DNA of 35,062 nucleotides from an uncultured Muribaculaceae bacterium (GTDB lineage Bacteria; Bacillota_I; Bacilli_A; RF39; UBA660): NCBI GenBank assembly GCA_964443805.1, contig CAYUEQ010000003.1, positions 1 to 35,062 of the forward strand, read 5' to 3'. Shown piece by piece: positions 35,050 to 35,062 of this stretch (position 1 is its first letter; each line of letters starts with the position of its first letter). The notes under the pieces were generated by a model. It saw only the letters and a program-made list of their open reading frames with translations, ran no database searches and was not told where the DNA came from. The position numbers and the translations under genes were made by a program.

Positions 35050-35062
35050 ATTAACAAGCCTA

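Overview
This is a low-GC (about 30% G+C by eye) Bacillota-type chromosomal segment. It uses the standard genetic code, since TGA serves as a stop at secY and map. The core (1797-15623, + strand) is a complete, tightly packed S10-spc-alpha ribosomal super-operon: rpsJ-rplCDWB-rpsS-rplV-rpsC-rplP-rpmC-rpsQ-rplNXE-rpsN-rpsH-rplFR-rpsE-rplO-secY-adk-map-infA-rpmJ-rpsMK-rpoA-rplQ. It has no rpmD. rpmJ is absent from the ORF track and was found by hand. Other housekeeping genes are rubrerythrin, a Phe T-box leader followed by pheS-pheT, cdaA-cdaR, a DUF3048 protein, a DUF378 protein and a LolA/DUF4367-like lipoprotein. Three accessory loci encode only envelope proteins of unclear function. (1) 1-1580 is the 3' end of a gene built from exact 228-bp (76-aa), 4-cysteine tandem repeats. 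(2) 15636-20761 holds a translationally coupled five-gene minus-strand operon: a zinc-ribbon/TM-anchored HExxH peptidase, a secreted trypsin-fold protein that appears to lack its catalytic His and Ser, and three small bitopic membrane proteins, one with a second zinc ribbon. It is transcribed divergently, from back-to-back -35 boxes, from a cohesin-like/dockerin gene pair. (3) 26140-29698 is a two-gene minus-strand operon: a membrane protein with a Rho_N/HeH-like motif, and a doubly anchored 671-aa protein carrying about 12 short Cys-Cys loops (CP[ST]GY..GSG..C). Loci 2 and 3 are the best candidates for an undescribed system. No tRNA or rRNA genes, CRISPR arrays, transposases or integrases were seen. 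All domain calls come from reading motifs by eye, not from database searches.
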